44,854 nucleotides of DNA, taken from positions 1-44,854 of the IMG/VR virus record IMGVR_UViG_3300027819_000020, one strand, 5' to 3'. The notes under the pieces are model-generated. The model worked only from the letters and a program-made list of their open reading frames with translations, had not been told where the DNA came from and searched no databases. The DNA comes from a virus. Lineage: Duplodnaviria; Caudoviricetes. Shown here piece by piece: positions 43,950 through 44,854 of this stretch. A program made the position numbers and the translations under genes. Position 1 is the first letter of the stretch, and every line of letters begins with the position of its first letter.

Positions 43950-44260
43950 TCAGCGACCCGGCCAGACGTCCAGTCCGATGGGTACACGACGCGCCACCCG
44001 ATGCCCGCCTCCCGCAGCGCAGCGCCCCAGGCGGCCTGCTCCGGCGTCACGCTGCCGCGCGCGCTCTTCAACTCCATCGCCAGCGCGAGGTTGCCCCTCA
44101 CGAGAAATACGTCGGGCCACCCGACGCCGTCGCCTGCTGCCTGCGTCCGCCACGTCTCGACGCCACGCTTACGGACGCGGGCCGGCAGAGGGTGATAGGT
44201 CCTCCACCCACGCACAGCAGCCAGCTCCAGGATGGCCGCCAGCAGCTCGGCTTCGCTCAA
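43937..44260 (-). CDS. VRR-NUC domain nuclease (Holliday-junction resolvase-like)
   Basis: SEAEL, GWPDVFL, ELKSARG..TPEQAAW. Confidence 0.9.
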   Translation of the reverse strand: MSEAELLAAILELAAVRGWRTYHPLPARVRKRGVETWRTQAAGDGVGWPDVFLVRGNLALAMELKSARGSVTPEQAAWGAALREAGIGWRVVYPSDWTSGRVAEWLA

Positions 44261-44457
44261 TTCCGCTGTGCCCTCTCTGCGTCCCGCCCCCGGCGCACGA
44301 TAGCCAGCCCCTCCTCGGCCAGGCGTGTCATCGCAGCGTCAAACGCGCGGACCAGCTCCGCCTGCTCCACGGCGGGGAGACATCGGATGCCGGCTATCAC
44401 GGCCCTCACCCCTTCCACCCGCAGCTCATCGTCGGTCATCCTGGCCCATCCAGCCAC
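44257..44457 (-). CDS. hypothetical protein
   Basis: Coupled ORF; the real start may be MTDDEL. Confidence 0.55.
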   Translation of the reverse strand: MAGWARMTDDELRVEGVRAVIAGIRCLPAVEQAELVRAFDAAMTRLAEEGLAIVRRGRDAERAQRN

Positions 44458-44854
44458 ATGCCCAGGGCGTCCGCGCTACCCCGCAACGACGCGAGCGCGT
44501 CCAGCAGGTCGTCGCGCTCATCCTCGTCGCTCCACTCGGGTTCGGGCTCGGCCTGCGCCTCCTCCCACAGCGCCTGCATCTTACGCCGACATGCCGCCAC
44601 ATCCCGCACCAGCCGCTCCCGCAGCGTCGCCTCATGGCCGCACGCCTCGGCGATCTGCGCCCGCAGCGTGTCCACGCTCCAGTCGTGGCGCGCTGCCGCC
44701 TCGACCCACACGTCATGGGCGGTCCGTAGCTCGCTGCCGTTGACGATCTCCTTCCACCAGCGTGGCGGGTTGATCGGCGCATCAGCCTTCGCCGCCAGCT
44801 CGTAGTGCCACCACGAGATCGGCGGGGGCAGGCTCTCGCGGTGCATCGGCGGGA
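44436..44854 (-). CDS. C-terminal half of the junction-spanning LmbU-like protein
   Basis: In frame with 1..356 after merging the 7-nt overlap. Confidence 0.65.
   Translation of the reverse strand, partial: PPMHRESLPPPISWWHYELAAKADAPINPPRWWKEIVNGSELRTAHDVWVEAAARHDWSVDTLRAQIAEACGHEATLRERLVRDVAACRRKMQALWEEAQAEPEPEWSDEDERDDLLDALASLRGSADALGMWLDGPG

Overview
This window appears to be a complete, GC-rich (about 70% by eye) siphovirus-like phage genome. The last 7 nt (ggcggga) equal the first 7 nt, and merging them restores one continuous gene, implying a 44,847-bp circle. All credible genes lie on the minus strand. In transcription order they encode: early small genes; TerS/TerL, portal and MuF; a ChaB-fused protease/scaffold and Mu gpT-like capsid; a repeat fibre and neck; a cassette of three glycosyltransferases plus a methyltransferase; three paralogous tail-tube genes, frameshifted chaperones, tape measure and tail tip; holin-like genes; a 670-bp structured-RNA locus containing an unusual tRNA(UAU); an HNH-RHH gene with a nested XRE gene; a GH endolysin probably fused to an M23 peptidase by -1 frameshift; and a C5 methylase, RecT-like annealase, helicase, candidate origin and prim-pol. 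No integrase or DNA polymerase was recognised. Products were assigned by motif recognition only, with no database searches, and RNA folds were worked out by hand.
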